From a virus (Duplodnaviria > Caudoviricetes): a DNA stretch of 64,000 nt. The position numbers and the translations under genes are program-made. This document shows, piece by piece, positions 53,099 through 61,993 of the stretch (within the stretch, counting starts at the first letter, position 1; each line of letters opens with the position of its first letter). The notes beneath the pieces are model-generated. The model was not told where the DNA came from, ran no database searches, and was given only the letters and a program-made list of their open reading frames with translations. The stretch is from IMG/VR virus record IMGVR_UViG_3300010885_080481; one strand, given 5' to 3'.

Positions 53099-54091
53099 CT
53101 ACTCAAAGATTAAAGTAAAAATTTTAACAAATGTGTTGTTTTCATATTGGTCTAAAAATACTTTTCCAACAAAAAAAACTTGCTTAATCTTATTTTCGTG
53201 TTTGAATGTACCAAATTCTAACACGTCTAGCTTTTGTAAAGAATCGCCAGTAATTTCAAAAACTTGAGAAAAAAGTTTATTTGCTATAGAGGTAGAATCA
53301 AAAAATACTGTCTCTTTAAATCCTTTTTCTTCTAAAGAGTTTAACTCGTTATTCAATTCTTCAAATCCGTAACTACCTTTAAAGTCTGATAGCTCCGGAT
53401 AATTTCCTATAGAATTATCTCTGATAACTTCAGGATCTTTTCTATTAACAAATTTGTCGTAAATTCGATTAATAGGAGGCAAATATTGAAAGTTTTTTAC
53501 CTTGCTGAAAGTTTTATCATTAAAGATACTAGGTAAGATTACTAAATCTTTAACTTTTTCATTTACCTTTAAAGGATTGTTTTCAGTTACTTTAAAGCTT
53601 ATTGTTTGTTTACTTAATTTTGTGCTTTCTTCTTCTAGAAATAAAACGTCTTTTGTCCCTATCACGTATAACTTTTTAAAGTTATCCGCTGAAGATGCTA
53701 ACAAAGACTCTGCCGTTGAAGAAAAAGCAGAACCAGTCAAAAAATTATAAGTGCTTATTTGCGAGCCGGAAAATAGATCACTTGTAACAGTAGCAGGAAC
53801 TGGTATGGCTCCTCCTAAAACTTGAATACTTTGAGAATTTTTGAAAGGTTTAAGCTTCCCAGAATCATCAGCTTCAAAAGTAATCTGATCTTGCGGCAGA
53901 TGTCCTTGTTCAAAGTAAAGTCTGTTTGTTACGTCAGCTGATCCGCTAATCGCATCTAAAGAGTAAAAGGTAGCTCCATCGGTAAAGCTTACATACTCTA
54001 TCTTTAGTTTACCATCGGCAATCTGTCGTCGGCCTGCGAGCGTGACGATGGTATCCATTATTCTTTCTTTGGAATCCAGCAATCCGCTCAT
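53099..54091 (-). CDS. putative baseplate structural protein, paralog of 43865-44587
   Basis: MSGLLD..RIMDTIVT.AGRRQIA.GKL.I.YV.F.D N-terminus. Confidence 0.65.
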   Translation of the reverse strand: MSGLLDSKERIMDTIVTLAGRRQIADGKLKIEYVSFTDGATFYSLDAISGSADVTNRLYFEQGHLPQDQITFEADDSGKLKPFKNSQSIQVLGGAIPVPATVTSDLFSGSQISTYNFLTGSAFSSTAESLLASSADNFKKLYVIGTKDVLFLEEESTKLSKQTISFKVTENNPLKVNEKVKDLVILPSIFNDKTFSKVKNFQYLPPINRIYDKFVNRKDPEVIRDNSIGNYPELSDFKGSYGFEELNNELNSLEEKGFKETVFFDSTSIANKLFSQVFEITGDSLQKLDVLEFGTFKHENKIKQVFFVGKVFLDQYENNTFVKIFTLIFE

Positions 54092-54129
54092 AGCAATAAA
54101 TTATGCACAATAACATATATGCATACCGT

Positions 54130-55521
54130 TTATAGTATCTGGGATGCCAAAGTAGCCAATTCGCTTCTTTCACCTTTCAACATGGTAACGTGGCCGGCAA
54201 TGTCATACTCTTTGAACTTTTCGATAGCGTACGTTAAACCGCATGTGTATGCGTCCACGTGAACGTTATCAATCTGTTCAATATCACCAGTTAGAACTAT
54301 CTTAGTTCCGTCTCCTACACGCGTGATGATTGTCTTTAGCTCGTGCATCGTTAGATTTTGAGCTTCGTCAATTACTATAAAAGAATTTGGAATTGATCTT
54401 CCACGTATAAACGTAATGGCTTCAATCTCAATCAATCCTTTTTCTTGCATCAAAGAAAGATAAGCGTTACTATCCGTTTTATTCCAATTACCTTCAGTTT
54501 TTGTGTTACCTCTGACTCTTGAAGCATTGCCTCTTTTATTGCCCATTAAGAAATTGAGGTTGTCTTTGATGGGAGAAATCCAAGGCTCCATTTTTTCTTG
54601 TAATGTACCTGGTAAGAATCCGATATCTTTTCCGACTGGTTGAACTGGCTTTGTAACGATTAGCTTAGAGTAATGAGCAACATCTGGATTGCCTATCCCT
54701 TTTAATTGTTCGAGCGCAGCAGAGAGGGCGAGTAAAGTTTTACCAGAGCCGCTAAGACCTACCAAAGTTAAAAGCTTGACCTGCGGATCAAACAGTAAGT
54801 CTAAAGAAAATGCCTGTTCTTTATTCCTGGGTTTTAATCCAAAAACACTTTCAAATTTGTTGATAGGAATAAGCTTTTTAATTCCATCGATTATTTTAAG
54901 CTTGGTTATGGCCGACTTGACCGTCTTTTCTTCCTCAACATGCTTGATTATGATGATCTGATTTGGATATTGGGCCTGGGGGAAATTTACGACTAATTCT
55001 TCATTTATGTAAAAAGAGTCTATGTCTTCCTCAGGAAGCTCTACCACTTCTACACCTTTATAGAATGTTTTTGGATCGTTAGTAACTCTTAGTTTTAAAT
55101 AGTCTTCAGATGCTATACCTAGTGCATCGCATTTTATTCTTACGTTGATATCTTTAGACACCAAGATATAATCTCTTGGTAAACCCAACATTAAGCTGAT
55201 TATTAGGTTATCTGCCTTAGTTGGATCAAGCTCTGTCGGAAGTTTTTCTTTTGCAATGGATGAATCCACTGACACAACGCGAAGAATACCGCCGTCAGAT
55301 AAAGTTACTCCATTTATCAAGCTGTTATCAGAAGATCTCATGCCATCCAACGTTCTACTGACGCTGCGGGCATTGTGACCAACTTCATCCATTCTACTTT
55401 TATGATGATCTAGTTCTTCCAGAACAACCATTGGTATAATAACATCATTATCCTGGAATGAAAAGATTGAGTTAGGATCGTTTAATAATACGTTTGTGTC
55501 CAGGACGTAAGTTTTTTTCAT
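54130..55521 (-). CDS. phoH: PIN-PhoH protein
   Basis: YVLDTNVLL PIN domain; GLSGSGKT, FIRGRS, IDEAQN, GDIEQID; start reassigned to 55521. Confidence 0.93.
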   Translation of the reverse strand: MKKTYVLDTNVLLNDPNSIFSFQDNDVIIPMVVLEELDHHKSRMDEVGHNARSVSRTLDGMRSSDNSLINGVTLSDGGILRVVSVDSSIAKEKLPTELDPTKADNLIISLMLGLPRDYILVSKDINVRIKCDALGIASEDYLKLRVTNDPKTFYKGVEVVELPEEDIDSFYINEELVVNFPQAQYPNQIIIIKHVEEEKTVKSAITKLKIIDGIKKLIPINKFESVFGLKPRNKEQAFSLDLLFDPQVKLLTLVGLSGSGKTLLALSAALEQLKGIGNPDVAHYSKLIVTKPVQPVGKDIGFLPGTLQEKMEPWISPIKDNLNFLMGNKRGNASRVRGNTKTEGNWNKTDSNAYLSLMQEKGLIEIEAITFIRGRSIPNSFIVIDEAQNLTMHELKTIITRVGDGTKIVLTGDIEQIDNVHVDAYTCGLTYAIEKFKEYDIAGHVTMLKGERSELATLASQIL

Positions 55522-55583
55522 ATTGATATTCAACAATCTTGTTTGAACAATGTAACTTTTTTGCCTAAAGTATAAACAAATTA

Positions 55584-55841
55584 ATGAAGAAAAGTTTACC
55601 AATTTTAAACGAAGCAAACAAATGTTTTGAAGTGCATGCTGCTTATAAGGTCTGTTGCCAAAAAAAATCTTGCAAAAATTACATAGAAAATGCATCAACA
55701 CAAAATTGTGTGATTATTGCAGCTCAAAAAGGACCTCACACACTTCAAAATATCGGTAAGATATACGGATTAACTAGAATGAGAATATGCCAAATTGAAA
55801 AGAATATCATTCAAAAATTGAAGAATTCTATAGACATCTAA
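55584..55841 (+). CDS. stand-alone sigma-70 region 4.2-like HTH protein
   Basis: HTLQNIGKIYGLTRMRICQIEK..IQKL, plus Cys-rich N-terminus. Confidence 0.78.
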   Translation: MKKSLPILNEANKCFEVHAAYKVCCQKKSCKNYIENASTQNCVIIAAQKGPHTLQNIGKIYGLTRMRICQIEKNIIQKLKNSIDI

Positions 55842-56312
55842 TCACATTTTCTTTAAGGCATTTTTCTTTTTTGAAAATCTATCTTGAGATGCATTTTGAA
55901 ATAAAGGTTGCTTTTCTTCAAAAACTTCTTTTAGTTTCATTTCTGTTTGCTTAACTGTTTGTACTTCAACAGCTTCTTCTTTTTCCAATGAAAGTTCAAA
56001 CGTTGCTTCTTCTTCTTGGGGTTGCGAAGTTTCTACGTTTGCTACTTCTTGTTGCGACGTAGCTTCTAAGTTGACTTCTTCTTTGATAACTTCAACAATT
56101 TCCTTCTCTTCTTGAGAAGGAGGCATCGGAAGTTTTACTTCTTTTTTCTCTTGAGCTTCTGCTTTAATTGTAGCTTCTTTTGTTTGCTTTAAGGTAAAAT
56201 CTTTTTTACTTTTTTGAGACAGTTTACCATTTTTGTTCAAAGAAGCATGAGGCTTTTTTGGATCTAATCCTAGGTTCATGATGTCAATTAGTATTGCTCG
56301 TGGGGCAGGCAT
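55842..56312 (-). CDS. Glu/Lys-rich hypothetical protein
   Basis: ATG 56312 with GAGG SD. Confidence 0.6.
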   Translation of the reverse strand: MPAPRAILIDIMNLGLDPKKPHASLNKNGKLSQKSKKDFTLKQTKEATIKAEAQEKKEVKLPMPPSQEEKEIVEVIKEEVNLEATSQQEVANVETSQPQEEEATFELSLEKEEAVEVQTVKQTEMKLKEVFEEKQPLFQNASQDRFSKKKNALKKM

Positions 56313-56349
56313 TTTTCCTCTTCTCTCTTCCAATATTTATTATGACAAC

Positions 56350-56386
56350 AAAAAACGGCACCTTGTGTTAAGGAAGCCGTTTTTTT
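56350..56386 (-). terminator. intrinsic terminator
   Basis: AAAAAACGGC...GCCGTTTTTT. Confidence 0.65.
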
Positions 56387-56403
56387 CTTGATTATTTTAT
56401 TTT

Positions 56404-56607
56404 TCAAGATTCTGATTTTGTAGACTTTTCAAGAGTCAAAGTAGTTTTCACTAAGTCTCCTGCTTTAGTCTTTAATTCTCTTAATCCTTTTCTAACTCTA
56501 ACTCCGGCCGCCGCAACACCTTTTGCGCTTTTAGCGACGTCGTGTTCAAGAGATTCTACTAAAGATTTTAATTCACTCCATTTAGCTAATACTTCGTTAT
56601 CAGACAT
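56404..56607 (-). CDS. histone H1-like (Hc1 family) nucleoid protein
   Basis: W.ELK.LVE.LE.D..K..KG.AAAG.RVRK.L..LK pattern; strong GGAGG SD. Confidence 0.75.
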   Translation of the reverse strand: MSDNEVLAKWSELKSLVESLEHDVAKSAKGVAAAGVRVRKGLRELKTKAGDLVKTTLTLEKSTKSES

Positions 56608-56662
56608 TGAGTCTATTACCTCCTTCGAGAATATAAATTTCTTTATATGAGAGTAAATAACT

Positions 56663-58315
56663 TTAAGATAATTTAAAATCCTTAGGAAATAATTTATAAT
56701 TCATTCTAAAAAACTTCTCCCAGTCAGAATCTAGGATGTAAGATATCGCAAAGTCATTTTGATTTCTTATGGATCTTCCTAAAGATTGAATTACAGATTT
56801 TGCTGTCATATAAGGATACCAAAATTTGTTCTTTTCCATTCTCTTTTTAACGACTAGATCTCCTAGATAAGGAAATGGAACCTTACAAATAATTTGAAAT
56901 CTGCTAAGATTATCATAAAGATCCACACCTTCGGTCATCGAAGGACTTAACAAAACCGTGGGTTCTTCACTTTGAATGTGCCTCTTTAAAACTTCATCTC
57001 TATTAGAAGAGTCATGCAGCATCAAACGAGAAGAAGAAAAATTTTCTTGAATGTGCTTTGCTACTCTATAATTTGTGCAGTGAATAATTCCTTTTTCTTT
57101 ACTATGCTTTTCTAATAGCATTTTTACGACTTCTACTATCTTAGGCAAAGTAAATTCAATAGAGTTTTTTGACATAGAACCGACAGGCAAAAAATGAATT
57201 GGTCTATTCTCAATAGAAAATGGAGAAAGAATAGAAAGATAAGCAACTTCTTTTTCTTTTATTCCTAAAGAATCACAAAAAATTTCCTTGTCTACAATTG
57301 TTGCAGACATAACAAGCACTCTTGCACCTAATCTAAAAAATGTTTGATAAGAATAAGGTGAAACATCAATAGGTTTAAATTCATATTTTTTGCCTGCCTT
57401 CTTGTTGTCATGTGGCGGTAAAGATACGTTCATGACCCAGTTCTCAGACTTGTATGCTTCTAAAAATCTATTTACTTTGCATATGTGCTTATCTAACATC
57501 TCATACTGCTTTGAGTAATTTCCATAACCTTCTATGTCGTTACTTAATTTAGCTAGAGTTTTTTCTAGTTCATTAATATATCTTATAAGAGATTTTTTGT
57601 AGGTCGTGCTTATCCAATCATAGATTGATTCTTGCGACTCAGATTTAGACATCTTACATTTTAAGACTTCTTTTGCAAACTTTTCTGAAAATGTTACTTC
57701 AATAAATTTCCCCAACTCTGATTCAGTGTTATGAGCTTCATCAACTATCAGCATATTGCGAGGCTCTAACTTGCCAGCGTACGTGGATTCTGCAAGAATG
57801 TAAGAAAAGTTTGTAATAGAAATAGGAGAATTTATAAATTCTTGCTTTTCTATAGAATATTTGCATTGTTGCTTACAATGCTTTTGAAACTCAGTGCCAT
57901 TCAATTGTTTCGCTAGTTTACTTAGAATTCTTTTTGATTCAGCACAAGTTTGATCATTGTAAAATGAACAAATATAATTGTTAGAAGACTTAATAGATTT
58001 GACTAGCTGGTTAGTGGAAGTTCCAAAATCTCTTAGATACTGTTCTTGAAGTATCTTTTGAGTAGTTACTACGTAAGCTCCTGTTAAAGGTTCATTGTCT
58101 TCATTTTTTTCTACAGGTCCATGAGCTTCCATGTAACGAGCAATAGCAATACCAGTTGCAGACTTTCCAACACCGGTGCCTAACTCTAAAATCACATATT
58201 TTTTGTTATCATTGATGTAAGAATTTAGAGCAAAATTGATTGCTTTTTCTTGTTCAGGCCTGATCTGTGGAAATGGAAAATAACTTTTCCAATCTTCTAT
58301 TGTGATAGTCTTCAT
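56663..58315 (-). CDS. DinG/XPD-family SF2 helicase with probable Fe-S cluster
   Basis: GTGVGKS, DEAH, SAT, SPSMTEGVDL, QSLGRSIR; four Cys after motif Ia. Confidence 0.88.
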   Translation of the reverse strand: MKTITIEDWKSYFPFPQIRPEQEKAINFALNSYINDNKKYVILELGTGVGKSATGIAIARYMEAHGPVEKNEDNEPLTGAYVVTTQKILQEQYLRDFGTSTNQLVKSIKSSNNYICSFYNDQTCAESKRILSKLAKQLNGTEFQKHCKQQCKYSIEKQEFINSPISITNFSYILAESTYAGKLEPRNMLIVDEAHNTESELGKFIEVTFSEKFAKEVLKCKMSKSESQESIYDWISTTYKKSLIRYINELEKTLAKLSNDIEGYGNYSKQYEMLDKHICKVNRFLEAYKSENWVMNVSLPPHDNKKAGKKYEFKPIDVSPYSYQTFFRLGARVLVMSATIVDKEIFCDSLGIKEKEVAYLSILSPFSIENRPIHFLPVGSMSKNSIEFTLPKIVEVVKMLLEKHSKEKGIIHCTNYRVAKHIQENFSSSRLMLHDSSNRDEVLKRHIQSEEPTVLLSPSMTEGVDLYDNLSRFQIICKVPFPYLGDLVVKKRMEKNKFWYPYMTAKSVIQSLGRSIRNQNDFAISYILDSDWEKFFRMNYKLFPKDFKLS

Positions 58316-58380
58316 AAACTACAAAGAGCCCAATGTCGTAGACATGGACTCTTATATTCTAGTTTTTTTAAGGTTTACAT

Positions 58381-58995
58381 TCAAGTTCCGATAATTTTAT
58401 CGACGATTCCCAACTTAACTGCTTCTTCAGGCGTAACATAATAATCATGACCAGACTTCATAATCTTTTCAATTTGTTCTTTGGTCATGTCGGATTCTTT
58501 TTGTAACGAAGTCACCATCAAATCTTGTAATCTCTTAAACTCTGATGTCTCGTTCATAGATTCAAATACGTTACCATAGAATCCTCCGGAAATCGGATGA
58601 ATCATCAATCTGGCTGAAGAACCTATCAACCTTTTTCCTTTCACACCAGATGAAAGTAGAAGCACGCCTGCAGACATGACTTTACCTAATGCTATTGTGT
58701 GAACTGGGCATGGTAAGAATCTAATAGTGTCATATAAAGAAAACATTTCATCTACTGATCCACCGTAAGTGGATACGACCAAATGTATTGGTTTATGATT
58801 TTGATTTGCTAGATACAAGAGTTGATAAATTACTGCTGAAATTGATTGCTCACTAACCCCGCCGTAAAGAACAACTATTCTGGAATCTTCGCCGTGTTTT
58901 GCATGGGGAAGCAGGGCCGCGAGGTCTGCTTCATCATGATCAGATTTTTTATTTTTAGAACTAAAAGGAATTTTTACGTCAGTGGATCTTCCCAT
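58381..58995 (-). CDS. clpP: ATP-dependent Clp protease proteolytic subunit-like
   Basis: STYGGSV, GKVMSAG (Ser), MIHP (His), DYYVTPEEA.KLGIVD (Asp). Confidence 0.9.
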   Translation of the reverse strand: MGRSTDVKIPFSSKNKKSDHDEADLAALLPHAKHGEDSRIVVLYGGVSEQSISAVIYQLLYLANQNHKPIHLVVSTYGGSVDEMFSLYDTIRFLPCPVHTIALGKVMSAGVLLLSSGVKGKRLIGSSARLMIHPISGGFYGNVFESMNETSEFKRLQDLMVTSLQKESDMTKEQIEKIMKSGHDYYVTPEEAVKLGIVDKIIGT

Positions 58996-59221
58996 CGTCG
59001 CTCCTTGATACGAATATTTCATCGCCGGCAATTTCTTTGATAACATCAGTTAGATCTTTTACATGGTTAATGTTTTCTAGTTCAAGAGAAAGTAAGTAAA
59101 TAAGAAACATTTGTTGTCTTTGCTTGAGACCAACATTCAATATTTCTTTAACAATTCGCCTACACTCTTCATTTTCTTTTGATATCTTTTCTGAAGATAA
59201 CTGACCATATACTTGTTGCAT
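58979..59221 (-). CDS. hypothetical protein
   Basis: Coupled upstream of clpP. Confidence 0.65.
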   Translation of the reverse strand: MQQVYGQLSSEKISKENEECRRIVKEILNVGLKQRQQMFLIYLLSLELENINHVKDLTDVIKEIAGDEIFVSRSDDGKIH

Positions 59222-59226
59222 ATCAA

Positions 59227-59751
59227 TTATTCTCCTAATGATTCTTTTCTAATATGAGAATCGACTTTAAACAATGATTCACCCAGTATTCTCACATATT
59301 TTACTATCTTATTATCACCTTCTACATCATTGGATAGCACAACAATATCTCCCCATCTTTTTTTTTCGATGACATATTGAACGTGCTCCCATGTCGGTAA
59401 CTCACAATTATTTCTTTCTAAAACTGGGATTAAATTTGGATTAATAGAGTTCTTTATGTCATCAATTGAAATGATAGATGACATATTTTCTTTACCTTGC
59501 ATTATTTCAGACGTGCAAATGTCTATGACTTTGTGAACAAGCCCACAATTATTACATTGCGAATACTTTTGCTTAACTTGACCATTTTCTACTTCAGAAA
59601 AAACTAAAAATTGATGAGATACAGCATTCGGCAAATTTTTATACTGAGACAACACACATCTACATTTTATTAGATGTTTTTGTCCGTAAGATTCTGTTAA
59701 AGAATCCCCAGATAAATCTTTTGTCTCTTTCTGGGACTTCTTTTTCTTCAT
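59227..59751 (-). CDS. hypothetical Cys-containing protein
   Basis: CRC...CNNC...C motifs. Confidence 0.7.
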   Translation of the reverse strand: MKKKKSQKETKDLSGDSLTESYGQKHLIKCRCVLSQYKNLPNAVSHQFLVFSEVENGQVKQKYSQCNNCGLVHKVIDICTSEIMQGKENMSSIISIDDIKNSINPNLIPVLERNNCELPTWEHVQYVIEKKRWGDIVVLSNDVEGDNKIVKYVRILGESLFKVDSHIRKESLGE

Positions 59752-59757
59752 GATCTT

Positions 59758-59997
59758 CTATTTTTTTTTCTTAGATGTTACAGTCTCTTCTTTAAAACAT
59801 TCTGATAAAAAGTTCTTATGCCCTTTATTGTAACCTTCACTGATCGAGGCATCTATTACATTCAAAAGATTAGGAAGAACAGACTCTTCAACTTTTAGCT
59901 GACCTGAATTAATTGCGGATACTAAATTTTTCTTAGTAATTTCTTTTGTTATCTCAAACAACGACCAAGCAGATTTGCTTAACTCATCTTTTTTCAT
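59758..59997 (-). CDS. hypothetical protein
   Basis: TATATT-N6-ATG upstream. Confidence 0.65.
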   Translation of the reverse strand: MKKDELSKSAWSLFEITKEITKKNLVSAINSGQLKVEESVLPNLLNVIDASISEGYNKGHKNFLSECFKEETVTSKKKK

Positions 59998-60033
59998 TTT
60001 GATAATATAATGTTTAACGAATACAAGGTAAAT

Positions 60034-61212
60034 TCATTCTGCAATAATAGCACCTAAATTTTGAATGGTGTTAAAAATTTTTTCTGAGAATTTTTGTGAT
60101 ACTTTTTTTGTAGCAAAAATTTCTCCGTCTTCGCAAATTCCGAAATCTAATAAAGACTTGATAGCTCTTAGACAATAATCAACAGATTGAGAATCTGCGA
60201 TAAACCTACTAGAATCCGGAATCCTTATAATACATTTGTTGTCTGCTAGTCTTTTCATTCTAGCTTCATAAACTTCTTCAGCTCCAGGAGATGAATCTAA
60301 TTTTTTCATTAGATTTTTTAAGTGAATTCTTACTTGCTGCTTTGTTTTTTTGTTTTTTATTGATATAGAATTGTTATTTATGCTTATTTCATCAACAGTT
60401 GATGAATCTGATAAACTAACAGAAGATATCAATTGACCTAAATTACTGGATATAGGATTAACTCCTACTATTACGCTAATGTCTACCATGGAGTTGATTC
60501 CATCTAAGTCGAAAGGCATAGAAATCGGATAAACAAACATTGTAGATCTTTTTCTATTAACTTCCATTGTTGATAAAACATCATCATGAAAGCCGCGAGA
60601 AAATATAATGACTTGGTGTTTGCTGTTGACTGCTTCTTCAAAAATTTTATTTAATTCAGAAACAGAATCAACAAATCCGTCGATCGTTATGACTTTTGGA
60701 TGTAGTATCCTAACAGAAGAAGTAAAAGTCTTGCATTTGAATTCATAAAATGATGAAACTTCCAGCGAAGTGGCGTTGTTGAAACTTTTTTCAACAACAA
60801 TTTTTCCATGAAATCCAGAAATTTTAATAGCTTCTAGCAGTAAACTTTTTAGTTTACTGTCATCTACATATTTAGAAACAACATTTTCAATGTCTGAAAA
60901 TTTAGGATGAAAAGTTTTCTCATCTATAAAAACTTTTCTAGTTTCAGAAAAATCTATAACATTTTTTAATGTTACAAAAAATCCGCCTGCAGACAATCTT
61001 TCAGCCAAAAAACAATTTTCTAAAATCAGTTTATAGATTAAGCTTTCTAATTCGTTTTCAAACTTAAAGTTTAAGAAATTTTGAAAAGCTGATTTTACGG
61101 CTATGTTTTCTTTAGCACTATTCAAAAACAAATTTGATTTATACAAACTACGAATTGTATAAATAACATTTTTTGTTGCTAAATCAATATCGCTTGTTAA
61201 GAAAACAGACAT
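60034..61212 (-). CDS. divergent GroEL/Cpn60-like protein
   Basis: EAIK.SG..GKIVVEKS, VIIFSRGFHDDVL.T..VN, D.S.IVG, YE.RMKRLA...IIRI; no GDGTT motif. Confidence 0.65.
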   Translation of the reverse strand: MSVFLTSDIDLATKNVIYTIRSLYKSNLFLNSAKENIAVKSAFQNFLNFKFENELESLIYKLILENCFLAERLSAGGFFVTLKNVIDFSETRKVFIDEKTFHPKFSDIENVVSKYVDDSKLKSLLLEAIKISGFHGKIVVEKSFNNATSLEVSSFYEFKCKTFTSSVRILHPKVITIDGFVDSVSELNKIFEEAVNSKHQVIIFSRGFHDDVLSTMEVNRKRSTMFVYPISMPFDLDGINSMVDISVIVGVNPISSNLGQLISSVSLSDSSTVDEISINNNSISIKNKKTKQQVRIHLKNLMKKLDSSPGAEEVYEARMKRLADNKCIIRIPDSSRFIADSQSVDYCLRAIKSLLDFGICEDGEIFATKKVSQKFSEKIFNTIQNLGAIIAE

Positions 61213-61243
61213 CTATATATCATAGATCAATTCTTATAAATGT

Positions 61244-61873
61244 TCAAAATACTTTAAATTGATTCATGATATAAGCATGAAATATCTTACCAAGTACGCC
61301 GAATAAAGCTGTACCTAAAGTCAAGGCGAGCCATTTAATAGCTCCAGCCTGTCTTTCGTACCACTTTTGAAGTTCTTTTAAAACTTCAGCGTGCTCTCTT
61401 AGTATTTTTTCAACATCAGCTTCTTCTATTTCTTCTTTTTCAGCAAGCTTATCTTTACTTTCTTTCCAACTTTTTATATATTTTATTTCTTCTTCTAAGT
61501 TTTCTACTCTTTCAACTTCTGCAGTTTGATTTTCTACGTTTTTTATTCTTGCGTATAATCCGCTATCAGGATCATAAAGTACATCTCTTATATCATCGAC
61601 TTTTTCTACTAATTTTTCTTGAGATTGTTCTATTTTTTCTATCTTATACATCAAAGTAGAAAAGCCACCATTCATCGCCGGAGCTGATAGGATCCTATTT
61701 TGCATTTCAGCAATTTGCTTACGATTATGTTCTAAAGCTGCTAACGCTGCTTTAGATTCCGGTGCAGAATCAATGATTTCTTTTTTGTCCTTGCGAGGAC
61801 GACTTCTTTTTTCTGAAACAACAGAAACTTTTTTTTCAGTCGTTTTTTTAGTAGGCATATACATCCTCATCAA
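61244..61873 (-). CDS. coiled-coil protein with C-terminal TM helix
   Basis: Coiled coil followed by WLALTLGTALFGVLG. Confidence 0.7.
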   Translation of the reverse strand: MMRMYMPTKKTTEKKVSVVSEKRSRPRKDKKEIIDSAPESKAALAALEHNRKQIAEMQNRILSAPAMNGGFSTLMYKIEKIEQSQEKLVEKVDDIRDVLYDPDSGLYARIKNVENQTAEVERVENLEEEIKYIKSWKESKDKLAEKEEIEEADVEKILREHAEVLKELQKWYERQAGAIKWLALTLGTALFGVLGKIFHAYIMNQFKVF

Positions 61874-61885
61874 GGCTAGTATTTT

Positions 61886-61960
61886 TAAAATCTAGATCTA
61901 GATTTAATAAATTTATCTAAATTTAGATTTAAGATAAATAGATCCAAATATCTTAAATTA
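61886..61960. repeat. AT-rich palindrome cluster at the strand switch
   Basis: AAATCTAGATCTAGATTT 61888-61905, ATCTAAATTTAGAT 61915-61928, ATTTAAGATA-N12-TATCTTAAAT 61927-61958. Confidence 0.65.
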
Positions 61961-61993
61961 AGTATTAATTCTCTACAGAAATAAGAGGTAAAG

